Source: a bacterium (GTDB taxonomy: Bacteria > Patescibacteriota > Patescibacteriia > Patescibacteriales > UBA12465). From it: a stretch of DNA of 64,000 bases. Shown in pieces: positions 28,684 to 38,589 of this stretch; within the stretch, counting starts at the first letter, position 1; each line of letters starts with the position of its first letter. Made by a program: the position numbers and the translations under genes. Under the pieces are notes generated by a model. That model was given only the letters and a program-made list of their open reading frames with translations, was not told the DNA's origin and did no database searches. Location of the stretch: positions 17,630 to 81,629 of the forward strand of contig DAONYH010000003.1 of assembly GCA_035414245.1 (NCBI GenBank), written 5' to 3'.

Positions 28684-31302
28684 TTATTTAGAGAAAAACA
28701 TTTCATCGTCATCATCAAGAGGAGTGCTTTTTTTCTTAACAGCAGCATCTTCTTTTTTCTCTCTTATTTCCTCTAAAATTTCATTTTCATCATCAATTAT
28801 TTCCTCCTGTTCTTCTTCGCTTAATTCTAAAGCGGAAGCAATTTCAGAATTATCTTCTTCCTCTTCTTCAACATCTTCTTGTTCTTCTTCAACATCTTCT
28901 TGTTCTTCTTCGTCAGATGAAGAATCATCGTCTTCTAACTCTTCTGATGAATTTTCGTCTCGACTAAAATCTAAAACTTCGTCCTCCTCTTCTTCATCTT
29001 CTTCGTTTTCATCCTCGCCTAAATAAGAACTGGGCGCCACTGATTTGGCACGATCATGAAGCGGAAAGGAACTAAGCGAAGCTTTCCCGGCTTCGTATTG
29101 TTCTTCACTAATCATAACTTCACGCGGTTTTGAGCCATTGGGTGGTCCAACAATGCCGGCTTCCTCCAACATATCTAAAATTTTCGCGGCTCGTCCATAA
29201 CCAATTGACAAACGACGTTGTAACATTGAAGTTGAGGCTTTATTGGCTTTAATAATAATTTCTTTTGCCTCTTCAAATAATTCATCTTCATCGCCATAAT
29301 TACCATCCAAACCAACTCCGGCCACACCTCCGACCTTTTGTCTGTCAGTGATGCCTTCTAAATATTCTGCTTCACCACTCTTCTCTTTAATATAATTAAC
29401 CACATCATTAATTTCATTATCACTCAAATAAGCGCCTTGAATTCTTTTTGGCTTAGCCAATTCGGCCGTGGAAAAAAGCATGTCTCCTTGACCAAGTAAT
29501 TTCTCAGCGCCCGAAGAATCTAAAATTGTTTTTGAATCAACCAGCGAAGCAACAGAGAAAGCGATGCGTGTCGGAATGTTGGCTTTGATTAAACCAGTGA
29601 TAACATCCACACTAGGACGTTGTGTAGCTAAAATTAAATGGATACCAATAGCGCGCGACATTTGCGCTAATCTAATAATAGCTGCTTCCATTTCTTTACC
29701 GGCCGTCATCATAAAGTCAGCTAACTCATCAATAATATAGACAATGAAAGGTAATTTTTCGGTGGCGGTTTGATTATAGGCTTGAATATTTTTCTTGCCC
29801 GACTTATTTAACAAATCATATCGTCTATCCATTTCATTCAAACACCATTTCAAAGAATTAATTGTTTTAGAAACTTCTGTTATTACTGGAGTGAGTAAAT
29901 GTGGAATGCCATTATAGGTTGGCAGTTCCACTCTTTTAGGATCAACCATAATAAATCTAAGGGCATCAGGATTATTTTGATAAAGCAAGCTAACAATAAT
30001 GGCGTTCAAACAAACTGATTTACCAGAATTAGTAGCACCAGCGACTAAAAGATGAGGCATTTTAGTTAAATCATATAACCAAGCCTGACCAGCGACATCT
30101 TTTCCTAAGGCAATGAACATATTATTCTTGCGTGTTTTGAAGGCTTCATCTTCTAAAACTTCTCTTAAACCAACAATCGCCTTGGCTCGATTAGGCACTT
30201 CCACACCCACCAAAGATTTACCCGGAATTGGTGCTTCAATACGAATGGGATGAGCGGCTAGGGCTAAAGATAAATCATTACTTAAAGTAGTAATGCGAGA
30301 TAATTTCACCCCTTCAGCTGGACGAAAAGCATATTGCGTAACAGTTGGTCCAACTTTTGTTTCTCCCATTTCTACTTCAATGCCAAATTTTTCTAAAGTG
30401 TTTTTAATTTTCTGCGCATTAAATTCAATATCTCCACCCACGGCTTTAGAAAATTTATTATTTAAAATTTCAATCGGCAAATCAATTTTTACTGATTGTT
30501 TCGGCCAAGTAATTTTTTCTTGAACCGGTTTTTTATTTTTATATTTAGCGGCTAAGGGCAAGACTGGCTCTTCTTCCTCCTCTTCTTCCTCTTCCTCATC
30601 TTCTGCTTCTTCATCCATATCTCTTTCTCGCCAAGCACTTAAAACTTCTTCGCGGGCAGAAGCAATCAAGCTAGCTCGCTCATCTTCTGTTTCATCATCA
30701 TCTTGTCTTGCTTTTGATCGCGAAAATAATTCTTTGAAAAATAAAGCAAATGGTTTAAAAAATTTGGCCAGAAAACTTTCTCGACCAATAATTTTTTCTA
30801 AAGAAGTATTAAAAAATAAAACGAGCGCAATCAACAACAAAGCGATCAAGACAATCACACCGCCCCAAAAACCAAACACACTAAAAAATAAACGACTTAA
30901 ATAATAACCTAAATAACCGCCACCGACGCCAGCCTGAGCACTGTCTAACCATTTTTCCGGAGCGAGAAAAAAATGAAACAAAGTTTGATAAGAAATAAAT
31001 AGAATCCCTAAACCTAAGTAATCAGTAAATTTCAGAGGGGGACGTTGACGTCTGATAACAATTAAAGCCCAATAAAAGAAGACTAGCGGAATTAACCATT
31101 TACCATAACCAAAAGCCAAAGCTAGCCATTTGGTCAAAAACTTTCCAAAATTACCAGCCAAATCAAAAAGACCCAGCAAACTTATTAAGCCAAAAACTAA
31201 TAAAAATACAAATATAATACTTTTCTTAGCTCTTTCATCTAGCTCAAAATCTGGCCAAGAAACATAGTCAAAGGGATTTTGGTTTTTCTTTTTTCTGCCC
31301 AT
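28684..31302 (-). CDS. ftsK: DNA translocase FtsK/SpoIIIE with a long acidic C-terminal tail
   Basis: 872 aa. N-terminal TM helices, acidic linker, motor domain with Walker A LVAGATNSGKSVCLN, Walker B region, gamma (winged-helix) domain KASTSMLQRRLSIGYGRAAKILDMLEEAGIVGP, then a roughly 150-aa D/E-rich tail. Confidence 0.85.
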   Translation of the reverse strand: MGRKKKNQNPFDYVSWPDFELDERAKKSIIFVFLLVFGLISLLGLFDLAGNFGKFLTKWLALAFGYGKWLIPLVFFYWALIVIRRQRPPLKFTDYLGLGILFISYQTLFHFFLAPEKWLDSAQAGVGGGYLGYYLSRLFFSVFGFWGGVIVLIALLLIALVLFFNTSLEKIIGRESFLAKFFKPFALFFKELFSRSKARQDDDETEDERASLIASAREEVLSAWRERDMDEEAEDEEEEEEEEEEPVLPLAAKYKNKKPVQEKITWPKQSVKIDLPIEILNNKFSKAVGGDIEFNAQKIKNTLEKFGIEVEMGETKVGPTVTQYAFRPAEGVKLSRITTLSNDLSLALAAHPIRIEAPIPGKSLVGVEVPNRAKAIVGLREVLEDEAFKTRKNNMFIALGKDVAGQAWLYDLTKMPHLLVAGATNSGKSVCLNAIIVSLLYQNNPDALRFIMVDPKRVELPTYNGIPHLLTPVITEVSKTINSLKWCLNEMDRRYDLLNKSGKKNIQAYNQTATEKLPFIVYIIDELADFMMTAGKEMEAAIIRLAQMSRAIGIHLILATQRPSVDVITGLIKANIPTRIAFSVASLVDSKTILDSSGAEKLLGQGDMLFSTAELAKPKRIQGAYLSDNEINDVVNYIKEKSGEAEYLEGITDRQKVGGVAGVGLDGNYGDEDELFEEAKEIIIKANKASTSMLQRRLSIGYGRAAKILDMLEEAGIVGPPNGSKPREVMISEEQYEAGKASLSSFPLHDRAKSVAPSSYLGEDENEEDEEEEDEVLDFSRDENSSEELEDDDSSSDEEEQEDVEEEQEDVEEEEEDNSEIASALELSEEEQEEIIDDENEILEEIREKKEDAAVKKKSTPLDDDDEMFFSK

Positions 31303-31455
31303 ATTAGCAAAATTACTAATAATTAAATTAATTCACCTATTTTTTATTATATCACACTTAAAATTATCTTGCTGTAAACTATTTAACCTGCCTTCAATTA
31401 TAAATTAATCTGCCTTAATAAATTAACCTACTCTCAGTTATAAATTAATCTACCT

Positions 31456-32508
31456 TCAGCTTTTGTGAGCTAAGGCTGACTGTAAAAATTTTTCTGTCTT
31501 TTCTTTAATTAATTGTTTTTCACGCTTAAATTTATTTCTATAAACATCTTTTTTACTAAATACCAGCTTCGCTCTTTTTAGCAGAGCGCCGGATTTTAAT
31601 TTTTCTAAATCAACCACTAATTCCTTAGCCTTAATGAATTCGGCAAAACCATAATTGCGAATATCATACGCCACACTTATTTCTGGAGTTAAGGCTCCAA
31701 ATGACATTACCCCGACATGAAGCATCATACCAATCACTAAATCTAATTGAGAATAAACATATTTTTGTTCAGCCGGCGCTAAATCAATTTTGATAATATT
31801 TTTTATGCCCAATTCGTGATAAATATTTTCCTCGCCAGGATGATGTTTTAAATAATAAATTTGTGCCCCTTGTTTCAAAAAATATTCCGCTACTTCTCGA
31901 TAAGCGTTTAAAATATCATCACGCCAATGACCAAAGCCCAGCCAACCAGAATAATTTAAATTTAAACCAATCTTAATTTGTCGCGAATTTAATTTTAATT
32001 TTTTAATCTGAACCGGACTTAACTTTTTTTCTTTTAACAACGCGGCTGGATCACCAATCACTTTAACTTTTTTAGCCGCTAAACCATTTTTAATTAAAAA
32101 TCGTTTAGTATTTAAATCACGAACACCAACCCCGGCTGCCTGTTTTGCCAAAGTTAAAACACTGGCTGTATTTTTTGCGGGCCAAGCCAGAGCATCAACT
32201 TCTTTAATATAACCTAAACCAAAAAGATAAATTGGAGTTTTAATGGCTTTAATAAGACGCTCATTAAAAGGTAGAAAATAAGAATAAAAAATTCCTCCCC
32301 CACCAATAAAAATTAAATCCGCCGAGTTTAATTTCTTTAGGATTAACTCATCATCGGTTTTTAAAACTTCAACCGGAAAATCAATTATTTTAAGAAATTT
32401 AGATTTACTTCTTAATAATTCTTGAACAGCCAAAACTATGGCGTAATCGCCTTTATTTTTTTGATCCCAAACATGAATATGAGCGATAGTTAAAGTTTTT
32501 TTTGCCAT
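31456..32508 (-). CDS. Polysaccharide pyruvyl transferase family protein (CsaB/WcaK-like)
   Basis: 350 aa. HIHVWDQKNKGDYAIVLA and IFIGGGGIF resemble the PS_pyruv_trans family signature. Confidence 0.5.
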   Translation of the reverse strand: MAKKTLTIAHIHVWDQKNKGDYAIVLAVQELLRSKSKFLKIIDFPVEVLKTDDELILKKLNSADLIFIGGGGIFYSYFLPFNERLIKAIKTPIYLFGLGYIKEVDALAWPAKNTASVLTLAKQAAGVGVRDLNTKRFLIKNGLAAKKVKVIGDPAALLKEKKLSPVQIKKLKLNSRQIKIGLNLNYSGWLGFGHWRDDILNAYREVAEYFLKQGAQIYYLKHHPGEENIYHELGIKNIIKIDLAPAEQKYVYSQLDLVIGMMLHVGVMSFGALTPEISVAYDIRNYGFAEFIKAKELVVDLEKLKSGALLKRAKLVFSKKDVYRNKFKREKQLIKEKTEKFLQSALAHKS

Positions 32509-32526
32509 TTTAAAAACCTAAATAAA

Positions 32527-33552
32527 TTAGTTTATGTTTAAATCTTTTTTTACCTTATTAAGAAGCGCTTCTCCCCGCTCTGGGTCACTATCGTGTTTTA
32601 AAAAGAGAAAAACAACTGTTCTAATCGCGGTCCAATTGTAATAAAGTCTGATTCTTTTTTCGAGCTGAGCACTATGTTTAACTTCAGCTAGTTTTAGATA
32701 AGAGTCAAGAAAAATTTTCTTAAATTTTTCCGCCAATTCTTTATCATTTAACTTTATAATTACTTTATATTCCAATTGCTGCAAAAAAGTACCTAAATCA
32801 CGAGCAAAATCACCCAAACAAAAATCAGTAAAATCAATCAAACCAACTCGCCCTTCACCGGTTTTTATAATATTCTCGGTGTGTGCATCGCCATGAATTA
32901 AATTTAAATTTAAATTCTTTTTAAAAAAATAATCTTCTTCAGCAATCAAGTAATCGTAAATTTTTATCAAATCTCTATCAAACTTGCCCTGATAACGCAA
33001 AGAAATCTCGTGCAGAATATTATTTACTCCGGGAACAACGGTTCGAATTCTAGAATTAATTGGATTAAAATTAACGGCTGTGCCAGCTGGTAATTGATGC
33101 AAGCGCACAAATACTTCAGCAGCTAATGGCAATAATTTTTCCACTTCTTGATACTGCGCTTTTTTAATATAGTATAATAAGGTTTCTCCTTCAATTCCAC
33201 GATAAAAAGTCCCCCGAAAATATTCAGAATAAAAAAGTGGGCGTGGAATATTTATGTGCTCCTGATTAAAATTATGCTTCCATAAAAACTCTAAAGCTTT
33301 TAAAACATTATCACGCGGTTCTTCACTATGAGCCGAGCAAACAATAAGCATTTTTTTAGAATTTCTATCTGGTCTTGTGAAATAAACATCATAACTTATT
33401 ACCACATGATAAGTTGTGTTCCAAACCATTTTTTTATATGGTTTGATTTCAATTTTTTCAATACCAGAAAATTTAGGATAAAGTGGTAAAACTTTTTCAG
33501 TAAATAATTCACGCACATAGTTCTCGTCAAATAACGACAATATCTTATTCAT
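32527..33552 (-). CDS. APH/choline-kinase-like phosphotransferase (protein-kinase-like fold), substrate unknown
   Basis: 341 aa. Catalytic loop LIHGDAHTENII (HGDxxxxN) and metal-binding GLIDFTDFCLGD (DF[TG]) motifs. Confidence 0.55.
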   Translation of the reverse strand: MNKILSLFDENYVRELFTEKVLPLYPKFSGIEKIEIKPYKKMVWNTTYHVVISYDVYFTRPDRNSKKMLIVCSAHSEEPRDNVLKALEFLWKHNFNQEHINIPRPLFYSEYFRGTFYRGIEGETLLYYIKKAQYQEVEKLLPLAAEVFVRLHQLPAGTAVNFNPINSRIRTVVPGVNNILHEISLRYQGKFDRDLIKIYDYLIAEEDYFFKKNLNLNLIHGDAHTENIIKTGEGRVGLIDFTDFCLGDFARDLGTFLQQLEYKVIIKLNDKELAEKFKKIFLDSYLKLAEVKHSAQLEKRIRLYYNWTAIRTVVFLFLKHDSDPERGEALLNKVKKDLNIN

Positions 33553-33571
33553 AATTTATAAGAGAAGAAAT

Positions 33572-34759
33572 TTAGGCACTCTTCTGCCAATGCTTGCGCC
33601 AATGCTCTTCCCAAATCAATTTTTTAATTTTTAAATAATATCTTTCCGCTTTCAATTTATCTTTTTTAGTTTTTGGACTATTGAAAGAGCGAACTGATCT
33701 GATTAAATCTTCTAATCCTCGTTCAATTCCATCCGGACTCCAAGCAAATGGTCCAAATATTTTCGAAAAATCGTGCGCGCTCGCCCACCAAAAAGTACAA
33801 CTGGCTATTCCTCGCACCAAATGCCAACGATACCATTTATAATTTTTATCTTTTTTATATTTTTCACCTAAGTCCAAAGCTAAATAAGTTAGTCGCCATA
33901 ATAATTTATGAATTTTATTATTCCGGCCAGACCAGAGAGCAAAAGGTTGGCCACTTGAAACCTCCTGACGACTTGATTCCCAAGAACAAGAAATTAATTT
34001 TATTTTTTCCGCTTTTAATTTGGCTTTTTCTTGTTCACTAATAAATTTGGAAATAGTTTTAGTTTTTAAATTAGTTTCTTTAACAATTTTTTCCAACTCT
34101 GCCGTTGGATCTTCATGTCTTAAACCATAAAGCTCAGCATCAGTAGCGGTAATTATCACTTGCTTCTCTTTATTTTCTTTTTTTAATAATTCAAATAAAT
34201 TATGAGGCGGATAAGAGCTGGAAAAATCTCTGTCTCGAAAAACAATTTTTAAACCGCTCGCGGCGTCTAAATAATATTTTTTAAAATCAGGCCTTTTCTT
34301 TCCGCCGGCAAAAGCTAATTCATCCAAAATAAGCCATTTATACCCCAAACTTTTGATAATTTTAGCGACAGCACTTGAATAAGCCATCTCCGGAAGAAAA
34401 AAACCGGCGGGCTTAAAATTGACGCCAAAAAAATCTTTCAGAATCTTTTCATTTTCTTTTATCTGACGAACAATTTCAGCTTTAGTTAAAAGCGGAAGAA
34501 AAGCATGATAAGCAGCGGATGAAGTTAATTCTAAGCGCCCGGTTTTTACTAAAGCTTGTAGTCGTGTTAGAAAATCATTTTCGCCTTCAACTTTAAGTCT
34601 GACCAGTAGACAGCCGGAAATATTCCAAGTCATTTTCAAAGCACTATTTTCTTCCATCAAACGCAAAAGACGATAGTAACTTTTATTAAGCGCTAACTTA
34701 ATATTATAAGAATCAATATTAGCTGGTTGATAGAGATGCAAAAAATTAATCCACAACAT
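33572..34759 (-). CDS. Glycoside hydrolase family 57-like protein (alpha-glucan branching/amylase-type), tentative
   Basis: 395 aa. N-terminal MLWINFLHLYQPAN resembles the GH57 (beta/alpha)7 barrel start. It is adjacent to glgA. The assignment is tentative. Confidence 0.45.
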   Translation of the reverse strand: MLWINFLHLYQPANIDSYNIKLALNKSYYRLLRLMEENSALKMTWNISGCLLVRLKVEGENDFLTRLQALVKTGRLELTSSAAYHAFLPLLTKAEIVRQIKENEKILKDFFGVNFKPAGFFLPEMAYSSAVAKIIKSLGYKWLILDELAFAGGKKRPDFKKYYLDAASGLKIVFRDRDFSSSYPPHNLFELLKKENKEKQVIITATDAELYGLRHEDPTAELEKIVKETNLKTKTISKFISEQEKAKLKAEKIKLISCSWESSRQEVSSGQPFALWSGRNNKIHKLLWRLTYLALDLGEKYKKDKNYKWYRWHLVRGIASCTFWWASAHDFSKIFGPFAWSPDGIERGLEDLIRSVRSFNSPKTKKDKLKAERYYLKIKKLIWEEHWRKHWQKSA

Positions 34760-34763
34760 AATG

Positions 34764-36227
34764 TTATTTTTTTAACACCTTTTGATAAAGCTCCACGTAT
34801 TTTGAGGCTGGGATTTCCCAGCTATTAGATTGACGCATTACTTTTTTTACTAAACTCGTCCAAATTCTTTTATGCTTTCGATTCTCTAAAGCGCGCACGA
34901 TGGCTGAGTAAAACATGTATGGATCTTCGGCTTTAAAAGTAAAACCATTTCCCTCTTTATTAACCGGATTAAAATTTTCTACTGTATCATGAAGACCGCC
35001 AATTTCTCTCACCACCGGAATACAACCATAGCGCATCGCAATTAACTGATTAATGCCGCATGGCTCATGATTGGACGGCAAAAGAAATAAATCACTGGCC
35101 GCATAAAGTAAAGTCTCACGATTTTGATCAAAGGGCAACCAAATAATTTTTTCCGGAAACTTTCGTTGTAATTTTTTTATGGGCTTAATATATTCTTCGC
35201 TGCCGTCACCCATAAAAACTAATTGTAAATCCATTTTCAAAAGCGGCTCTATTACTTTAACAATTAAATTAAAACCTTTTTGAAAAGTTACGCGCGAAGT
35301 CGTACATAACATTGGAATTTGACCGTTAACGGGCAAACCGATCTTCTTCTGCAAAAATGTTTTGTTATTTACTTTAGCTTCAGGATTATTATGAGTATAA
35401 GTTTTATGCAGCTTCTGATCGTTTTCTGGATTATAGGTATTATAATCAATGCCGTTGATGATACCAAAAAGTCGCTTGGAACGATTTTTTAAAATACGAT
35501 GTAAATCCTGCCCAAACTTTTTAGTCATAATTTCATCGCGATATTGTTCACTAACCGTATTAATAATATCAGCTGACAAAATGGCGCGTTTAGCAAAATT
35601 TATATTTTCAATCTCGGGATTATCAATATGAGGTAAACGGCTGCGACCATAATCTTTTTTCTTAAGCGGCACCTCCCACCAATTATGACCAAATTGAAAA
35701 ATTAAATTATGAATGGTAAAAACCGTTTTAGCTTTTTTTAAAGTTTTTGAATAACGAAAATCATTTTTTAAATAATAAGGAATAAGACCGGTTTGCCAAT
35801 CATGACAATGAATAATATCAACTTGTTTTTTTAAAATTGTTAATAATTTTAAAGCCGCTACATTAAAAACCAAGAAGCGAGCGTTTTCTCTGCCTGAACC
35901 GTATATTTTTTTATGTTTAGAAAAAAACTTTTTACACTCAACAAAATATACCGGCAAATCTTCCATTAAAAAACCTTGCCAATAATTAACCGTAATACTT
36001 TCTTTGCTATTTAAAGATAAATTAACATCAGAAAAAATCAATTTTAGATCTTTTTCTTCTTTATCAATCAAACGCCCATAAAGAGGAGTAATAATTGAAA
36101 CATCATGTCCTAATCTTTTCAAAGCTTTAGGTAAACTTCTCGTTACATCTCCCAACCCGCCGGTTTTAGAAAAAGGCGCTACTTCCGAAGCAATATGAAC
36201 TATTTTTAATTTTTTGGTTTTAGACAT
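34764..36227 (-). CDS. glgA: Glycogen/starch synthase (GT5)
   Basis: 487 aa. KIVHIASEVAPFSKTGGLGDVTRSLPKAL is the canonical GlgA N-terminus (K-T-G-G-L). The C-terminal GT-B domain is present. Confidence 0.8.
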   Translation of the reverse strand: MSKTKKLKIVHIASEVAPFSKTGGLGDVTRSLPKALKRLGHDVSIITPLYGRLIDKEEKDLKLIFSDVNLSLNSKESITVNYWQGFLMEDLPVYFVECKKFFSKHKKIYGSGRENARFLVFNVAALKLLTILKKQVDIIHCHDWQTGLIPYYLKNDFRYSKTLKKAKTVFTIHNLIFQFGHNWWEVPLKKKDYGRSRLPHIDNPEIENINFAKRAILSADIINTVSEQYRDEIMTKKFGQDLHRILKNRSKRLFGIINGIDYNTYNPENDQKLHKTYTHNNPEAKVNNKTFLQKKIGLPVNGQIPMLCTTSRVTFQKGFNLIVKVIEPLLKMDLQLVFMGDGSEEYIKPIKKLQRKFPEKIIWLPFDQNRETLLYAASDLFLLPSNHEPCGINQLIAMRYGCIPVVREIGGLHDTVENFNPVNKEGNGFTFKAEDPYMFYSAIVRALENRKHKRIWTSLVKKVMRQSNSWEIPASKYVELYQKVLKK

Positions 36228-36700
36228 AAATTAGAATTTAAAGCACAAATCGCAATCGCCAAGGCATCGGCGGCATCATCTGGTTTGGGCAACTCTTTCA
36301 AGCCTAAAATTAGTTTAACCATTTTTTGTACTTGGAGTTTGCTCGCTTGGCCATAAGAAGAAACCGCCTGCTTTACTTGCGAAGGTGTATATTCAAGCAC
36401 GGGTAATAATCCTTGTTTTAAAGTTAGAATAGCCACACCGCGCGCCTGACCAACTATCAAAGCCGTTTTAACATTTTTATTGAAAAAAAGTTGCTCAACA
36501 GCGGCGGCCTGAGGTTGATACTTTTTTATAATCTTACTTAATTCTTTATGAAGAAAAAATAAACGATCAGCTAAATTATCTTTAGCTGAAGTTTTAATAG
36601 TTCCATAACAAAGACAACTTAATTTACCTCTTTCTTCTTTAATAACTCCAAAGCCGGTGTCAGCAATGCCGGGGTCAATTCCTAAAATAACCTTAGTCAT
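36206..36700 (-). CDS. ruvC: Holliday junction resolvase RuvC
   Basis: 164 aa. ILGIDPGIADTGFGVI with the catalytic D and later acidic residues. Its start overlaps the glgA end. Confidence 0.85.
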   Translation of the reverse strand: MTKVILGIDPGIADTGFGVIKEERGKLSCLCYGTIKTSAKDNLADRLFFLHKELSKIIKKYQPQAAAVEQLFFNKNVKTALIVGQARGVAILTLKQGLLPVLEYTPSQVKQAVSSYGQASKLQVQKMVKLILGLKELPKPDDAADALAIAICALNSNLCLKPKN

Positions 36701-36707
36701 TTAATTA

Positions 36708-37427
36708 TTAGTTTAGGTTTGTATAATAATCATTTACATCTTCATTATCTTCCAGTTCTTCAATAAATTTTTCTATTTTTTGTAAATCCTCATCATTAAG
36801 AGTAATCTTTTCTTTTGGTACATAATCTATTTCCGCTCTTTCTAATTTCAAACCTTTGCCTTCTAAAAATTCTTTAATTATTTGCAAATCTTTCATTTCT
36901 GTATAAACACTAACTCCCTCTTCTTCTTTTTCAAAATCAACAATACCTTGATCAATTAATTCTAATTCCAGTTCTTCATTATTTATATGTTTGTCTTTTA
37001 TTTCACTTTTAGAAATCTGAATAACTCCTAATTGAGAAAAATTCCACATTACCGATCCAAAAGCGCCACCATTTTTAGTAAATAAATGACGCACGGTTGA
37101 ACCACTGCGATTACGATTATCGGTTATACATTTAACAATCACTTGTACTCCGGGTGGAATAAGACCTTCATAATATAGTTCCTCAACTTGATCGCCAGCT
37201 AATTCACCAGTTCCTTTTTTTATTGCTCTTTCAATATTATCCTTAGGCATGTTAACACTCTTGGCCTTTTCAATTGCGGAACGTAAAGCGGAATTAGTTT
37301 CCGGGTCACCACCTTTTTTAGCGGCAATCGTAATCACGTTAGCTATTTTCGTAAAAACTGCGCCTCTTTTAGCATCAACCAATTCTTTTTGTCGATGAGT
37401 GGTTGCCCACTTAGAATGTCCGGACAT
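36708..37427 (-). CDS. yebC: YebC/PmpR family transcriptional regulator
   Basis: 239 aa. MSGHSKWATTHRQKELVDAKRGAVFTKI is the signature N-terminus. Confidence 0.85.
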   Translation of the reverse strand: MSGHSKWATTHRQKELVDAKRGAVFTKIANVITIAAKKGGDPETNSALRSAIEKAKSVNMPKDNIERAIKKGTGELAGDQVEELYYEGLIPPGVQVIVKCITDNRNRSGSTVRHLFTKNGGAFGSVMWNFSQLGVIQISKSEIKDKHINNEELELELIDQGIVDFEKEEEGVSVYTEMKDLQIIKEFLEGKGLKLERAEIDYVPKEKITLNDEDLQKIEKFIEELEDNEDVNDYYTNLN

Positions 37428-37553
37428 AAACTTTTATTTAATTAATGATAAAACACCGAAAAATACTGTTTTCCAGCTAAGAAAACTTTAACTTAAATTG
37501 AAATAAAAATCAAGATGAATTATAATGAAAATATAATAAAATAACATAAAAAT

Positions 37554-38471
37554 ATGGATACCAAGCAACTTCCTAATTTAGATGAAAGCGTCATGTCCGC
37601 CCTAAATTTTTTTAGCAAAAATACCCCACCTAAATTTAATCTCAAAATCACTGATTTGCCTTTTATAATCGGCAGTGGCAATGCTTATAATACTGGCAAA
37701 ATAATTTTTTCTCAGCAACCAGCTGTTTTTGCTAATGAAAGTAATCTAAAAACCAAATTAAAAGCTCATAAAAAATTAATTAATGCGGGTGTAATTAAGC
37801 AAGCGATTATTATTTCTGCCTCCGGAGAAAAGGATGCAGTTTGGGAAATAGCAGAAGCCAAAAAATATGGTCTAAAAACTATTTTAATGACTTGTGGAGC
37901 TGATTCTTCAGGCGCAAAAGTAGCTGACCGAGTTTTAGTTTATAGAAAAATTGCTGAACCGCAAACTTACAATATCTCCACTTACTTAGGGATGATTATT
38001 TCGGTTAGCAAAGAAAAACCAGAGGCAATCAAAAAATTCTTGCAAAAAATAAAACTGCCCAAAAAGTTTGCTGATTACAACGCCTATTCATTTATTGTTC
38101 CTGATGAAATGGCTGAAATAACACCGATGTTAGACATAAAAAAACATGAACTTTTTGGTCCATATCTATCAATTCGTTCTTTTAGCTTTGGTGATGCTCG
38201 GCATGCTAAATTTGTTATGCCCTGGGAAAAAGAGTTAGTAATTAGTTTGGGAAAAAATAATTATTTTGGCTTTAAAAATCAGCGCTTGGAAATTAACTTG
38301 CCGAAAAATTATGGTCCAGGATTGGTGATGGCTTTAACTTATTATTTAATTGGCAAAATTCAAGCGAGTAAAAAACCTTATTACAAACAAAACATTGCTA
38401 AATATTGTTTAGAAGGGCCTAAGGCTTATGGGCGAAAAAAACCTTTTGCAATAATAGTCCCAGGTAATTAA
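37554..38471 (+). CDS. Hypothetical protein, possibly a SIS-domain sugar-phosphate isomerase (archaeal-type bifunctional PGI/PMI-like)
   Basis: 305 aa. GSGNAYNTG and IIISASGEKDAVWEIAEAKKYGLKTILMTCG resemble SIS-domain glycine/serine loops. The size matches PGI/PMI. The assignment is weak. Confidence 0.3.
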   Translation: MDTKQLPNLDESVMSALNFFSKNTPPKFNLKITDLPFIIGSGNAYNTGKIIFSQQPAVFANESNLKTKLKAHKKLINAGVIKQAIIISASGEKDAVWEIAEAKKYGLKTILMTCGADSSGAKVADRVLVYRKIAEPQTYNISTYLGMIISVSKEKPEAIKKFLQKIKLPKKFADYNAYSFIVPDEMAEITPMLDIKKHELFGPYLSIRSFSFGDARHAKFVMPWEKELVISLGKNNYFGFKNQRLEINLPKNYGPGLVMALTYYLIGKIQASKKPYYKQNIAKYCLEGPKAYGRKKPFAIIVPGN

Positions 38472-38508
38472 AATACAATCATTTTTATATAAGCAGTATT
38501 CATATAAT

Positions 38509-38540
38509 AAAAAATACGCGAGAGAAAGCGTATTTTTTTA
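38509..38540. terminator. Bidirectional terminator between convergent genes
   Basis: aaaaATACGCGagagaaaGCGTATtttttt: a 6-7-bp stem with A/T flanks. Confidence 0.5.
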
Positions 38541-38589
38541 TATAAATCTAGATAAACAAAGTAAGGTGTATTTTTTTCTTCGCTCCTGC

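Noticed and set aside
28724-29026. 100-aa plus-strand ORF rich in Ser (SSSSSS...)
   Set aside because: It is the reverse-complement reading of the FtsK poly-acidic tail (GAA/GAT codons read as TTC/ATC/TCT). It is not a real gene.
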